A DNA stretch of 64,000 nucleotides, taken from NCBI RefSeq assembly GCF_006345805.1, contig NC_042998.1, positions 25,110,001-25,174,000 on the forward strand. The letters are read 5' to 3'. The notes beneath the pieces are model-generated. The model saw nothing but the letters and a program-made list of their open reading frames with translations, was not told where the DNA came from and made no database searches. Below, piece after piece: positions 38,930 to 51,651 of this stretch; position 1 is the stretch's first letter, and the number at the start of each line of letters is the position of its first letter. The translations under genes and the position numbers were made by a program. Source of the stretch: Octopus sinensis. Lineage: Eukaryota.

Positions 38930-39380
38930 CATCATCGTCATTTAACGTCCACTTTCCATGCTGGCATTTGTCGGACAGTTTGACAGAGGATTGGTGAGCT
39001 AGAAGGCTGCACTAGACTCAGTCTGATCTGGCAGAGTTTCTACAGCTGGATGCCCTTTCTAATGCCAAAAACTCTGAGAGTGTAGTGGGTGCTTTTATGT
39101 GCCACTGGCATGAGGGCCAGTCAGGCTCTGGTAACGACCATGTTCAAAAGGTGTTTTTTACATGCTACCTGCATGAGAGCCAGTATGGCAGCAATGGCAA
39201 CAACAATGCTCGAATGTTGTTTTTCACGTGCCACCAGCATAGGAGCCAATCAGTTGCAGTGGCAACAATCATGCTCGGATGTGCTTTTAACATTCCACTG
39301 GCATGAGTGCCAATCAGGTGGTACTATGTTCGACCAGGTCAGCGAATTTGATTTGATTTCACTTGCCTAAATAGGTCTTT
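38930..39380 (-). mobile_element. Family D retroposon
   Basis: Reverse-strand homology. Confidence 0.72.
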
Positions 39381-39494
39381 GCAAGCAAAGTTTATTGTCC
39401 AGTGAATGACTGGTACACCTAATTAGTAATAATGTTAATGTGACCTTCCACCTGCAGGCATCTTTTGTTTAGTTTTATTTCAAGATTTCTCGCT

Positions 39495-39860
39495 AATAGA
39501 GAAAAAACTGAAATCCAAGGTAGATGGAACTTACATTTGAATATTAAGAGCAGTCTTGAAGACATTTCGGAGAACTCATTCAACCAAGAAATAGCTGTTT
39601 GGAGATCTCTTGCTTGTTTCTACTATTATAAGGGAGAGGTTCTTGCACTTTGCAGAACTTTGCTGGTGAGCTAAACAAGAGCTGGCAAGTGATCTGCGGC
39701 TATGCATGTTAATGCATGACCGCACTTGAGCAGGTCATTTGAATACAATGTACATAGATGAAGCTACCAGAGACACTATGTACCTCCCTGAAGAGCTCCC
39801 TCAGCTAATGCAAGACTAAGATGAATGGTGTGTATGTGAGTTAAGAATGTCTGAGGAAAT
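39495..39860 (+). mobile_element. Decayed RTE-X-like LINE, ORF2 C-terminus
   Basis: KLKSKVDGTYI*ILRAVL...VSTIIRERFLHFAELCW*AKQELASDL...YIDEATRDTMYLPEELPQLMQD*DEW in one frame with in-frame stops. Confidence 0.75.
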
Positions 39861-40020
39861 TCAACCAGATGGTGTTAGCAGTGATTGCTTTCAGAATTCT
39901 GAGTAATTTTTCTGCAATTCCTTAAAATTTAGTAAATAAATAGAACTTACATAGCACTTTATCTGATGGATGAATTATGCGATTCTGCTGTGAAAAGCTT
40001 GCATAATAAATGGTATCTTT

Positions 40021-40250
40021 TGCGGCGAGCTGGCAGAAACGTTAGCACGTCGGGCGAAATGCTTAGCGGTATGTCGTCTGCCGCTCGTTCTGAGTTCAAA
40101 TTCCGCCGAGGTCAACTTTGCCTTTCATCCTTTCGGGGTCAAGTAAATAAGTACCAGTTACGCACTGGGGTCGATATAATCGACTTAATCCCTTTGTCTG
40201 TCCTTGTTTGTCCTCTCTGTGTTTAGCCCCTTGTGGGTAGTAAAGAAATA
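40021..40250 (+). mobile_element. SINE family B monomer with 12-bp TSD
   Basis: GGTATCTTTTGC at 40012-40023 and 40251-40262. Confidence 0.88.
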
Positions 40251-40369
40251 GGTATCTTTTGCAACTAAAAACATAGTGAATATTTAAAATGTCAGGCAAA
40301 AGAAAACGCACATGTGTTAGCAATTGAAATTTCTTCCTGTTTGCTTCATGTAGATGTGTCAACAAGAGC

Positions 40370-40705
40370 AGGCACGTAAAAAAGGCACCATTCGAGCGTG
40401 ATCGTTACCAGCATCGCCTTACTGGCACCTGTGCTGGTGGCATGTATAAAAGGATTTGAGCGAGGTCATTGCCAGTACCGCCTGACTGACCCCTGTGGTG
40501 GTGGCAAGTAAAAAGCACCCACTATACTCTTGGAGTGGTTGGCGTTAGGAAAGGCATCCAGCTGTAGAAACTCTGCCAGATCAAGATTGGAGCCTGGTGC
40601 AGCCATCAGGTTTGCCAGCCCTCAGTCAAAATCGTCCAACCCATGCTAGCATGGAAAGGGGACGTTAAACAATGATGATGATGGTGATGATGATGATGAT
40701 GATGT
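40370..40705 (+). mobile_element. Family D retroposon
   Basis: Homology, (GAT)n tail. Confidence 0.78.
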
Positions 40706-41794
40706 TGTTTCAGACTTGATCTACCAGACCTGTAATCAAAGGCATTCCTGTCATTAGCATTGCACCTTTTTTGCTTTTTTTCTCAAGTTTCTAAGTATGG
40801 TTGTATGGTTAAGATGTTCACTTCACAATGGCCTCTGGTTCAGTCCTTCTGTGCATTATCAGGAATCAGTGACTTCATAGGCCAACCACTGCTTTGTGAG
40901 TGGATTTGGTAAACAGAAACTGCAGGAAGTCTCGTCATATACCTTTGTATGTCCGTGTGTGTGTATGTGTTGGGTGGGGATGGGGGTGGGAGTGGGGGAT
41001 ATGTGTCAGTCTAAGAATATCAGTATTTCAAGTTTGTATAAGGCGGCAAGCTGGCAGTATTGTTACCATATTGGACAAAACGCTAAGTAACATTTCTTCT
41101 GACATTATGCTCTGAGTTCAAATTCCACTGAGGTTGACTTTGCCTTTCATCTTTTTGGGGGGTCAAAAAAGTAAGCACCAGCTGAGTACTGGGGTCGATG
41201 TAATCAACTTAGCCTCTCCTTCTCCAGAATTGCTTGCTTGTGCCAAAATTTGAAGTCGATATTCCAAGTTTGTCACTGCCCAAGCAAAACGGTGATGATG
41301 TTGTCATTCCCAATAAACATTGTGACAACTCACTCAACACTTTCAAAGCCATCTGGAAACGGGAGACAAGGGTTGGCAACTGGAAGAGCATTCATCTATA
41401 AAATTCTGCCTGGAATAACCACTCATTTAACACATGCTGGCGTGGATAAATGGATGTTAAACAAATGGACAAAATATATCAACTACTACATGATCGCATT
41501 ATCCAAAGCATCTTGCCACTTTTTTATGATTTGGAGGGAGATGGAGAATTTGTAGTTATTAATATATCTCTTTACTACCCACAAGGGGCTAAACACAGAG
41601 GGGACAAACAAGGACAGACAAACGGATTAAGTCGATTACATCAACCCCAGTGCGTAACTGGTACTTAATTTATCGACCCCGAAAGGATGAAAGGCAAAGT
41701 CGACCTTGGCGGAATTTGAAACCAGAACGTAATGGCAGATGAAATACGGTTACGCATTACGCCCGGCGTGCTAACGCTTCTGCCAGCTCGAAAG

Positions 41795-41995
41795 GTGTAT
41801 GTCATGCACACAGGATGGACAGCAGCAGACTCCCCAGGCAATTTTTTTATTCCCAACTATGCAAAGGAAAAGGAAACCAGGGAAGACCTAGACTGAGAGA
41901 TTCAAAGACACTGAAAAAAGGTACATAAAATGGAAAGGAACTGATCATGATAAATGGCAAACTCAAATGAAAGCCTAACAGGTATGGAGAAAGCT
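41795..41995 (+). mobile_element. Decayed RTE (BovB-like) LINE C-terminal fragment interrupted by a SINE
   Basis: HRMDSSRLPRQFFYSQLCKGKGNQGRPRLR/FKDT; the SINE at 41996 is bounded by a 16-bp duplication. Confidence 0.65.
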
Positions 41996-42227
41996 AAGAC
42001 GGTGAGCTGGCAGAATCGTTAGCATGCTGGGCGAAATGCTTAGCAGTATTTCATCTGCTGTTACGTTATGGGTTCAAATTCCGCCGAGGTCGACTTTGCC
42101 TTTCATCCTTTCAGGGTCGATTAAATAAGTACCAGTTATGCACTGGGGTCGATATAATCGACTTAATCCGTTTGTCTGTCTTTGTTTGTCCCCTCTGTGT
42201 GTAGCCCCTTATGGGCAGTAAAGAAAT
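41996..42227 (+). mobile_element. SINE family B monomer with 16-bp TSD
   Basis: AGGTATGGAGAAAGCT at 41980-41995 and 42228-42243. Confidence 0.88.
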
Positions 42228-42804
42228 AGGTATGGAGAAAGCTTATCAGGTCATGCCAAAGCCAAGAGCTGTCACAGTCGCAACAACTGACCACAGAAGG
42301 AGGTAACTAAGAATGACAGTATAAAGGCTCTCTTACTGACATGGAAAGGGTGACAGTAAGAATTTTACTGAGAAAACGGCTTTCCAATTCCAGAGCACTT
42401 CTATCATGATTTTCTGAGTAGATTTCGCTGCTTTTTATGATTTCGGTCAAGGAATCCTCAACCATTTTCATTCTCTAGATTGTTTGATGTTCTCTTGATC
42501 ATAATGATAGACCAATCTTTTATCTTTGGTTAATCAATACATCAACAGGTTTCATCAGCTCTCAAAACACAAGTGACACGATCTCTATTTTGTCGTCTTG
42601 TGATTTATTGCACTCGTAGAATTTTACATGACAGATGAGCAGGAAAATTAAACTGCAGAGCATTATGGCTTGTTGAAAATATGCCAACAAAACACTGAAT
42701 ATAATTCTCACGATACCAACTTGGTGGCATGAATACACACATGCATATATACATGCATATATAAATATATATATATGTATATATATATATATTGGTAAAA
42801 ACAT

Positions 42805-43152
42805 GAATGGAAATTGTAGCTGTGATACCAATGCTGGTGGTGCATAAAAGAACCATCCGAATGTGGCCGTTGCTAGTGCCGCCCCGACTGGCTTCCGTGC
42901 CAGTGGCACGTAAAAAGCACCATCCGACCGTGGCCGTTTGCCAGCCTCGTCTGGCACCTGTGCTTGTGGCACGTAAAAAGCACCCCCTACACTCATGGAG
43001 TGGTTGGCATTAGGAAGGGCATCCAGCCATAGAAACATTGCCAGATCAGACTGGGTCTGGTGCAGCCTTCTGGCTTCCCAGACCCCAGTTGCACCGTCCA
43101 ACCCATGCCAGCATGGAAAGCGGATGCTAAACGATGATGATGATGATGATGA
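42805..43152 (+). mobile_element. Family D retroposon
   Basis: Homology; the (GAT)n tail abuts the hammerhead foldback. Confidence 0.78.
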
Positions 43153-43257
43153 TTGGTAAAAACGGTAAGATAACGAAAGAAAGTAAGAGACCTCAATATT
43201 ATGTAAATAGAGGAATTTATCTGTAAATGTAATATGTGACAATTATTCGGTAGCCAA

Positions 43258-43318
43258 GATAAAACTCTGAGTTTCAGATTCTGAGGTGGAAATCCACACC
43301 ATCATCTCTTCAGTTATC
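43258..43318 (-). ncRNA. Type I hammerhead motif (left arm of palindrome)
   Basis: Reverse-complement partner of 43333-43393 with a few substitutions; CUGAAGA and GAAA cores retained. Confidence 0.62.
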
Positions 43319-43332
43319 TGGCCATCTAACTG

Positions 43333-43393
43333 GATAACTGAAGAGATGGTGGTGGGGATTTCCACCTCGGCATCCGAAACTCAGAGTTTTATC
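43333..43393 (+). ncRNA. Type I hammerhead motif (right arm of palindrome)
   Basis: GAUAA-CUGAAGA-GAUG...CAUC-C-GAAA-CUC-A-GAGU-U-UUAUC. Stem I GAUAA/UUAUC, palindromic stem III, GUU triplet. Confidence 0.7.
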
Positions 43394-43430
43394 TTGGCTA
43401 CCAAACAATTGTCACATATTATATTTACAG

Positions 43431-43485
<55 letters not shown>

Positions 43486-43718
43486 TTTATACTTTATTAT
43501 TTAAGTTGCAAAAATATCACAAAAAATCGCAGAAAACTTCTACTCAGAGTTTCATGTTCCTGTTTGTTGGACAGTTTTGACTGATATTTCAAGGTGATTC
43601 AACATAACTTATTATACTCCTGTGTAGTAGCTATATTGAATTTTTCAATTTGAAAGACACACCTCCATAATCAACCAAGTGTGTGTGTGTGTGTACATAT
43701 AGCTAGCTAGCTTGATAA

Positions 43719-43756
<38 letters not shown>

Positions 43757-43949
43757 GCTTGTAGAAAGAGAGAGAGAGAGAGAGAGAGAGATACATATAT
43801 ACTTACAAACACGGGTGTGTGTATATATATATACGTATACAAAAACACACACAGATATATGTATATATATATATATAAATTATGCATATATATGGCGGTG
43901 CCCCAGCATGGCCACAGCTCATAAGCTGAAACTGGAAAAATCAAAATCA

Positions 43950-43978
43950 AAAATCATATGTATGTATGTTTGTATGTG

Positions 43979-44022
<44 letters not shown>

Positions 44023-44111
44023 ATATGTATGTATGTATTTATGTATGTATATAAGCATGCATATTGCAATATTGCAAGTATCTGCATACTAGTAGGTTTC
44101 ATTGTATGTAT

Positions 44112-44145
<34 letters not shown>

Positions 44146-44207
44146 ATACATGTATTCATACATACATGTATACAAACATACATAACATACATACATACAT
44201 ACATACA

Positions 44208-44241
<34 letters not shown>

Positions 44242-44290
44242 CATACATCATACATACATACATACATACATACGTACATACACGCATGCA
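43950..44290. repeat. (TA)n and (TACA)n microsatellites
   Basis: Directly visible. Confidence 0.93.
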
Positions 44291-45238
44291 TATAAATACC
44301 AATACTTTATCATGTATATTTATTCCTTAATCTACATATAGAAATAATTACAAAAGACGGCGAAGAAACTCTTACACAAACGAAAGATGAAGAGAAAATA
44401 TGACAGGAGAGGAAGGAGAGAAAGGAGAGAAAGGAGAAAAGAATTATTGCATCTAGCAAATATTCAACTGCATTAATCTGGATAGATTGTTTCCGCTGGG
44501 CATAACACAGAAAAGAGATTAATAACTAATGGTATTTATAGACCTTCGTGTTTCTTAACCTATCATTGTGAAGCACTCCTGTACAAAACTTGGGTATTTA
44601 TTTGTTAAAATAGAAAGAGTTATCCAATAATAAACATTTTCAGATTAATTTTTTTTCTTTTTTTCTTGCATAGGTATCAGGCTACTGTAACACAGTACTT
44701 GTTATGTGTTTATAATTCTTGTTTATTTGTATCGTTAGATAATGTTGCTAAACAATATGATGAGTATATTTTCTTAATGCTACCATCATCATCATCATTA
44801 TCATTATTATTTAATGTCCATTTTACAAGCTGGAATAGGTTGGATGGTTTTGACGGGATGGTTTTGACAGAGGCCTGCAGCAAGCTCCAGCTGTCTGTTT
44901 TCACATGGCTTCTATAGCCGGATGCCTTTCCTAATGCCAATAATTTTACAGTGTGTACTGGGTGCTTTTTATGTTGCGCCAGCATTGGTGCTTCTAACAT
45001 GGCACCAGCCCAGGTGCTTTTTACATGGCACCAACAATGTATATATATATATATACATGGAGAGAGAGAGAGAAAATGTGTGTGTGTGTGTGTGATTGAA
45101 GTGGGGTTGTACAGATATTGTATATTGAGAAAAAGGAGGCAGTCAGAATTTATTATGAAAGTGCTAATAAAGAATTATCTAAAATTCTCACTGACTCCTT
45201 TTCCTCTCTCTCTTAATCTCTCTCTCTATATACACACA

Positions 45239-45271
<33 letters not shown>

Positions 45272-45823
45272 ATATATATTTATATGCATATATATATATA
45301 CATACACACACACACACACACATATATACAGGCATATGCATATGGGTACAGGACGTCACCAACTCTAAACAACATGAAATGCGAAAACAAATGAGTTCAA
45401 TACCCAAACAATGAGAGAAACAAATGGAAAACACAAATAGCAGTCAAAATTGCTATAAAACCATCATAATCACTCGTATTATTCTCTTCGCAAGAACGCT
45501 GCCTGCTGATGAGAAGAATGAAACTGTTGTGTTGTTTATATCCTTTATTTCACAATATGGTATATGATATAGGACAACAAGTTTCTAACTTCGAAATTGC
45601 AATTGAGAATTAACCAGAAATATTTTAAATTGTGAATTTTATGTGTCATGCTGCCTGCAGACAGCCTTATTGTGAAGAGAATAATATGAATGATTATGAT
45701 GGTTTCATAGCAGGTTTCGTGGAAGATTTTAATTCAGAACTTTTGGACACAAGACATTTGTACTACAGAGCCAGAGGCGGTTTCAGCCAGGCTGGTATCA
45801 AAGGGGTTAAAATTAATCATTTG

Positions 45824-46347
45824 TTAACATTTTGTTACCATACTTCTGTTGAGATGCTCTGTGTTTCTTTCAATTAATTTTAGATATAACAAAGAATTTT
45901 TTATCATTAAGCTAGTGTGAGGAACATAAATTGTGACTTAGGTTTGGTAGATTTTAATTCAGAACTTTTGAAAACAAGACATTTGTAGTAAAGACTATTT
46001 GCCGACATAACATGGCAGCCCTGGTTTAGGACTAATGTTGAGTAATTTAGCCCCAGGAGACATCGTCTCCAGCTGGCTATACAACACAATCTGTTTCCTT
46101 ATATTTTCAAAAATATAAGGACACAGATCATGTCATATAGCCAGCTGGAGACGATGTCTGCTGGGGTTAAATTATAGCAACATTAGTCCTAAACCAGGAA
46201 TGCCATGTTATGTCAGCAAATAATCTTTACTCCAAAGTACTGTTGCTGAATATCTCTTGTTGTAAGATTTATAAGTAGTAATTTTCTAAGACATTTGTAC
46301 TACAGTACCAGAGGCAGTTTCAGGCAGGTTGGTATCGAAAGGGTTAA
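45824..46347. mobile_element. piggyBac-like (TTAA-bounded) non-autonomous element containing a long palindrome
   Basis: TTAA at both ends, right end CGAAAGGGTTAA; a second right end at 45715-45810 and a left-end copy at ~36291-36370. Confidence 0.5.
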
Positions 46348-46404
46348 ACTAGATAATTATAAGCAAACAAGAGATAATGTAAAATTAACAAATATAAAAA
46401 GAAT

Positions 46405-46652
46405 AAATGTGCCCTTTTAAAGCCTAACCAGGCTCATGAGCCTGGCTTCCTGATTTCTATGGCGTATGTGTTCCGCAGCTGGATGGGACACCAGTCCATC
46501 GCAGCGTTACTCATTTTTGTCAGTTGAGTGGACTGGAGCAACGTGAAATGAAGTGTTTTGCTCAAGAACACAATGCGTCGCCTGGTCCAGGAATCAAAAC
46601 CACAATCTTACGATCATGGTGCTGACACCCTAACCACTAAGCCTCGTGCCCC
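46405..46652 (-). mobile_element. V-domain-like SINE
   Basis: tRNA head, GTTCTTGAGCAAAACACTT...GCGATGGACTGGTGTCCCATCCAG; degenerate relative at ~49185-49407. Confidence 0.7.
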
Positions 46653-47289
46653 CACAAAGATAACATATAGAGTAAAATATAAAATAACATAAAATATATA
46701 TAAATATAAGAAAATAATATAAAAGTATTTTTACCAAAGTAATTACACTGATGGGTAAGTGGGGGACAAAACGACTGATGAAGTGAAAATTCTACAGAAT
46801 TCATGGATGAATGCATAAAGACTGAGAGGTCAAACTAATGCCAAGAAACTGTGTTCAATGACAATAAACTTTTATGGGAAGTCAACAAGGTTACGAAAAC
46901 ATCACAAGAAATATTTGAACTTTCAAAAATTTTACTTACACATCAGCCACACCTCAATACGTTTCTCAGCACATAAATCAGGATTAGACAGAATACATAT
47001 ACATACACGCATACATAGAAACATGTATACAGAAACATATGTACACATATATATCCACCATGTTGTGTCCATTAATCTGATGAGTTAGCTTTCTTTGTTT
47101 GCATTGATCTGTGAATATTTAATTGTGTTGTATAATGCTGAGCATACATAATGCAAACATGTATGCATAATTTTTTTTTTTGCATAATGAAATTAATACT
47201 ACACAAAGAAGGTTGTGAAACAGCTGTAATCCTATGGAAGTCATGTGGTTAAATAAATATATATACTCACCTCTGAAATCTCCTGACTT

Positions 47290-47304
47290 TATATGTATAT
47301 ATGG

Positions 47305-47338
<34 letters not shown>

Positions 47339-47481
47339 CAAGTATGTGTGTATGTGTGTGCACATAAATAAATATATAGATATATATATTTATATATGTA
47401 TGTATATATATATATCTATATATATATATATACATATACATACATATATATATATTATATATATATATATATGTATATATG

Positions 47482-47534
<53 letters not shown>

Positions 47535-47540
47535 ATAAAC
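47290..47540. repeat. (TA)n microsatellite
   Basis: Directly visible. Confidence 0.93.
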
Positions 47541-48685
47541 ATATGGATGGAGGAGTTGAATAGAGAAGAGAGCAAAAGTATTTCTCAAACTGAAGAATTG
47601 TTGACAACCAAATTATATTTCTATAATTCCGAATATCTGCATTTCAATAAGACTTGGCCTTAATTAATGGATATTTCTTTTTCATCCTCAATTTACATTT
47701 TAGTTTATCACATCCATTGCTTTATTTCAATCTAAGTTCATAATCTATCCTTGAAGAGTATCTTTCAAACAGAATACTGATAATGTTAATTATCATAATT
47801 ACAATTATTAATCAAATGCCATTCCTTCTGCTGCTTCTTTTTACCTAATTCTTGCTTCCCTTTCCTTTACATCATTACTTGTCTAATCCAAGAGAGAATA
47901 ATTGCCACATCAGAAATAGTTATTGTTCTCTTCCCTCCTTCTTTCTTCTCTTTGTTTTTATCTAAATTTTGCACTTTGCCATTGTTTTTCTAGGTACATT
48001 ATTCATATTAATAACATATATCATTTTATTTTTGTTAATCATTTGTTCCAGTCTTTCATCATCAGTTAAAACTTTTGACCTTCAGATCTCCCGAAATAGA
48101 TCCTTCTAGACTCATTTTTCTCCACTCTTTTATTATATTTTATCATCGAGGGTAATTTTAGTACTATTATATCTAGTTGTTGTTTTTACTGTTTAGCTGT
48201 AAGTCAGCACAGATTTAAGAAACCTATAATAAAAATCATTTGACCCATGACAGCCTCACATTTTCAGTGGTGCATAGGGCTATATTAACAACTAAATCCT
48301 TTTCCTATTTAAAAAGCAAATTCAAGGAGATTCGGTTGTCATTTCTAGCAGGACAAGTGACCACATAAAACACCCCTCATTAGCTTGATGCTTAGCTGAA
48401 TAATGTTACAAAAGATATTAGGATATTAGCATATTTCGATATTGATGATCTATAAGTGGATCGTACCTATCTCCCATCTGAGACAAATTAACCTTCGTTA
48501 TTTAGATTAGTTATCTCTTTCTTTATGCAAAGCATTAAACTAATTGGATCTCATATTAAAATCGCTCAAAGATAAGGATGCAGAAACATTGCTTCAAAAA
48601 TTCTTCAAAATTGAAAGTACTACAATAATTTATCTTCATTACTAAAAGTTTAGAATCCTTTTTATCATTACTAAATTCTTTCCGT

Positions 48686-49085
48686 TACTCTTTTACACTT
48701 TTATTGTTTCTGTCATCTGACTGTGGCCATGCTGGAGCACTGCTTTTAGGCGAGCAAATCGACCCCAGGACTTATTCTTTGTAAGCCTAGTACTTATTCT
48801 ATCGGTCTCTTTTTGCCGAACCGCTAAGTTACAGGGATGTAAACACATCAGCATCGGTTGTCAAGCGACAGTGGGGGTGGGGACAAACACAAATACACAA
48901 ACATACATACACACACATACATATATATATGTGTGCATATACACGACGGGCTTCTTTCAGTTTCCGTCTACCAAGTCCACTCACAAGGCTTCGGTCAGCC
49001 CGAGGCTATAGTAGAAGACTCTTGCCCAAGTTGCCACGCAGTGGGACTGAACCCAGAACCATGTGGTTGGTAAGCAAGCTACTTC
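48686..49085 (-). mobile_element. SINE family A
   Basis: Near-full homology. Confidence 0.85.
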
Positions 49086-49478
49086 TGTTTATTTTATTAT
49101 TTTTGTATATGCCATGCATTTGTAAACAAATTGGTTATAAGTTTCCTAAGAGCCAATCACTAATCTTCCCTGGGCCATACAGACTCACAGGGCTGGTTCT
49201 TCAGTTTCTGTGATGCACATATTTCCTGCTGGAAGGGACATCAGTCTGTCACAGAATAACTCACCTTTGCAAGTAGTGTAGATTTGGGCAAATTGAAATG
49301 AGGTGTTATTGCTCAAGAACATAATGAATCACTTCGTTTAGGAACTGAAACCACATTCTTGAGATCATGAATCCAACACCCCAACCACTAACCCATGTGC
49401 CTTCACCTAAACTGCACAACTCGACTGGTTCAGAGTAATTTCAATGGTAAAAGTCATAAAAGGTATTTGAACACTTGA

Positions 49479-49892
49479 GGGAGGTGAGCTGGCAGAAACG
49501 TTAACACGCCAGGTGAAATACTTAGCGGTATTTCGTCTGCTGCTACGTTCTGAGTTCAAATTCCGCCAAGGTCGACTTTGCCTTTCATCCTTTCGGGGTC
49601 GATTAAATAAGTACCAGTTATGCACTGGGGTCGATATAATCAACTTATCTGTTTATCTGTCCTTGCTTGTCCTCTCTGTGTTTAGCCCCTTGTTGGTAGT
49701 AAAGAAATTGGTATTTTGTCTGCTGTTACGTTCTGAGTCCAAATTCCACCGAGGTCGACTTTGCCTTTCAACCTTTCAGGGTCGATTAAATAAGTACCAG
49801 TTACACACTCGGCTCGATATAATCAACTTAATCTGTTTATCTGTCCTTGCTTGTCCTCTCTGTGTTTAGCCCCTTGTTGGTAGTAAAGAAAC
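49479..49892 (+). mobile_element. SINE family B dimer with 18-bp TSD
   Basis: AGGTATTTGAACACTTGA at 49461-49478 and 49893-49910; junction ~49711. Confidence 0.88.
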
Positions 49893-50880
49893 AGGTATTT
49901 GAACACTTGAACCTTAAAAGCTTAAACCTCAGCCAAAACATCTCTGACAACAGTCTCTGTAATTTTATCCCAAATTCTGATTGCCAGTTACGGAAAAGCC
50001 ACAGTACAGAATTCAGGCTTTAGCACCAAGTGTTGAAAGACTTATTGCAAATGGATAAATGTTCTGATCTTGTGAAATGGCACTTTTCATACAGTGAGTT
50101 CCAATGCACTGTGGCTTCTGTTCATTTATTGTTGCTGTAGCAACCTGCCTTGTATTACCTGCCTTTTTTTTTTATTTTTATTTTAATAATATTTTCTGTT
50201 CGATTTATTATAAATGAAATTTATATTGTTGTTATGCTAACATTCTGAAAAGAAATATGTTTAATTTCATCTCATTAATTAGCTTCATAATCATCTTCCT
50301 CATGTATTTCATCTCGGAATATCGTTAATGTTATTGTTGTGGTTTATAGAAGAGATTTTATCATTTTCTCTCTGATGTCCTTTATGCATAATCATATTGG
50401 CTAAAGTTAAGCTCTGATAAACCTAATTAGTAGTTGAAACAATTATATGTAAAGTTATTACAATAACACTGCAGATTATTGTACTAAAGCCACTTTTTCA
50501 TGTTGAATTTTAACTAGATTCAAGAATCTCACAATTTAACTCGTTATAGCTCGGCTATTTATTCCACCTCATCAAAATGAATGGTGTCATTGTTTCCGAA
50601 AGTCCAAGGACAATTGCTGGAATGGTATTTATTCACGGTTCTGGATATTTAGATGCTCTGTTTTGAATAGTAATGCAATTGGATATAGTGATGCTATTTC
50701 CTCTCTAGTTGTTCATGGAAAAATTTCAGTTCAGAAATTGCAACTTAACAATGTACTGTGTGTTACATATTCAGCATGTTTATTACAGAAGTAAACCATA
50801 TCTTCTATTGGTAACTATTTGTTTTATGAAGACAAAAATGATAAGAGCATGTATAATGGAAAAACAAATAATTTGTCATG

Positions 50881-51150
50881 TTGTGTCTAGGAAAGGTTAT
50901 TTTCTTTTTGTGCCTTAACACACTCAACGGTAAAATTTCCACTTTTTTTCTTAAAAATAAGAAGAAAAAAAGAAAAAAAAGAGAGAAAAAGAGAAAGAAA
51001 AGAAGAAAGAGAAAAAGTGGAAATTTTACCGGTGAGTGTGTTATATTATAAGGCACAAAAAGAAAATGACTCTCCCCAGACACAACAGAATATGCTTCAA
51101 CACACGAACTCATATAAAGAATCTTGCAAACTAAAATCCAAAACGAAATA
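50881..51150. mobile_element. Foldback element, same family as 38265-38528, opposite orientation
   Basis: Arms ~50881-50950 and ~51012-51085 around an A/G-rich spacer; tail 51086-51150 matches the 38.27-kb tail. Confidence 0.6.
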
Positions 51151-51314
51151 AAATAATTTGTCTTACAGTTTGTAACATGCTGTCCTAGTAAGACTAGCTC
51201 ATCAGACCATCTACAGATTCTTTTTAGTTTAAATAATAAAAGATTGCTAACATTTTTGAGTGCTGTTGTGTTAGAAGAAAGGGGATGGTTGTCCAAATGA
51301 GGGAAATTCTACAT

Positions 51315-51575
51315 CAGTGGTTCTCATCAGGGGTCCATACAGGCCTTGCTGGTGGGAAGTGCATATAAGATTTTATAGTTAAAGCTTTCATGTAACAAAT
51401 CAGTTATACTTCTACAGTACATAAAATATTTTAATTTTTTCATATAATTCCTAATAATATTTGATTATAAAAATACAGTAGGATCATTCCACATACAGTA
51501 AAATGCTATGGGGGACTATTGAGTAAAATAAAAATCAACGGGATCCAGAAGCAAAAAAATTGTTGAGAACCTCTG
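51315..51575. mobile_element. hAT-Charlie-like MITE
   Basis: CAGTGGTTCTCA...TGAGAACCTCTG with imperfect 8-bp TSD TTCTACAT/CTCTATAT. Confidence 0.65.
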
Positions 51576-51651
51576 CTCTATATGGTTATTTGATATGCTA
51601 GAAATTGCATACTCCTCTATTTTAAAATGTATGAAAAACATGTGTTAAATA

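Larger units (their letters stand above)
43153..43432. mobile_element. Foldback element: ~100-bp inverted arms plus a ~65-bp one-sided tail (Penelope-like)
   Basis: Arms ~43219-43319 and ~43332-43432; unpaired extension 43153-43218; ends against (GAT)n and (TA)n. Confidence 0.65.

Noticed and set aside
45500-45540. CTGATGA...GAAA motif resembling a hammerhead
   Set aside because: The 7 nt between the cores cannot form stem II, and there is no stem I partner.
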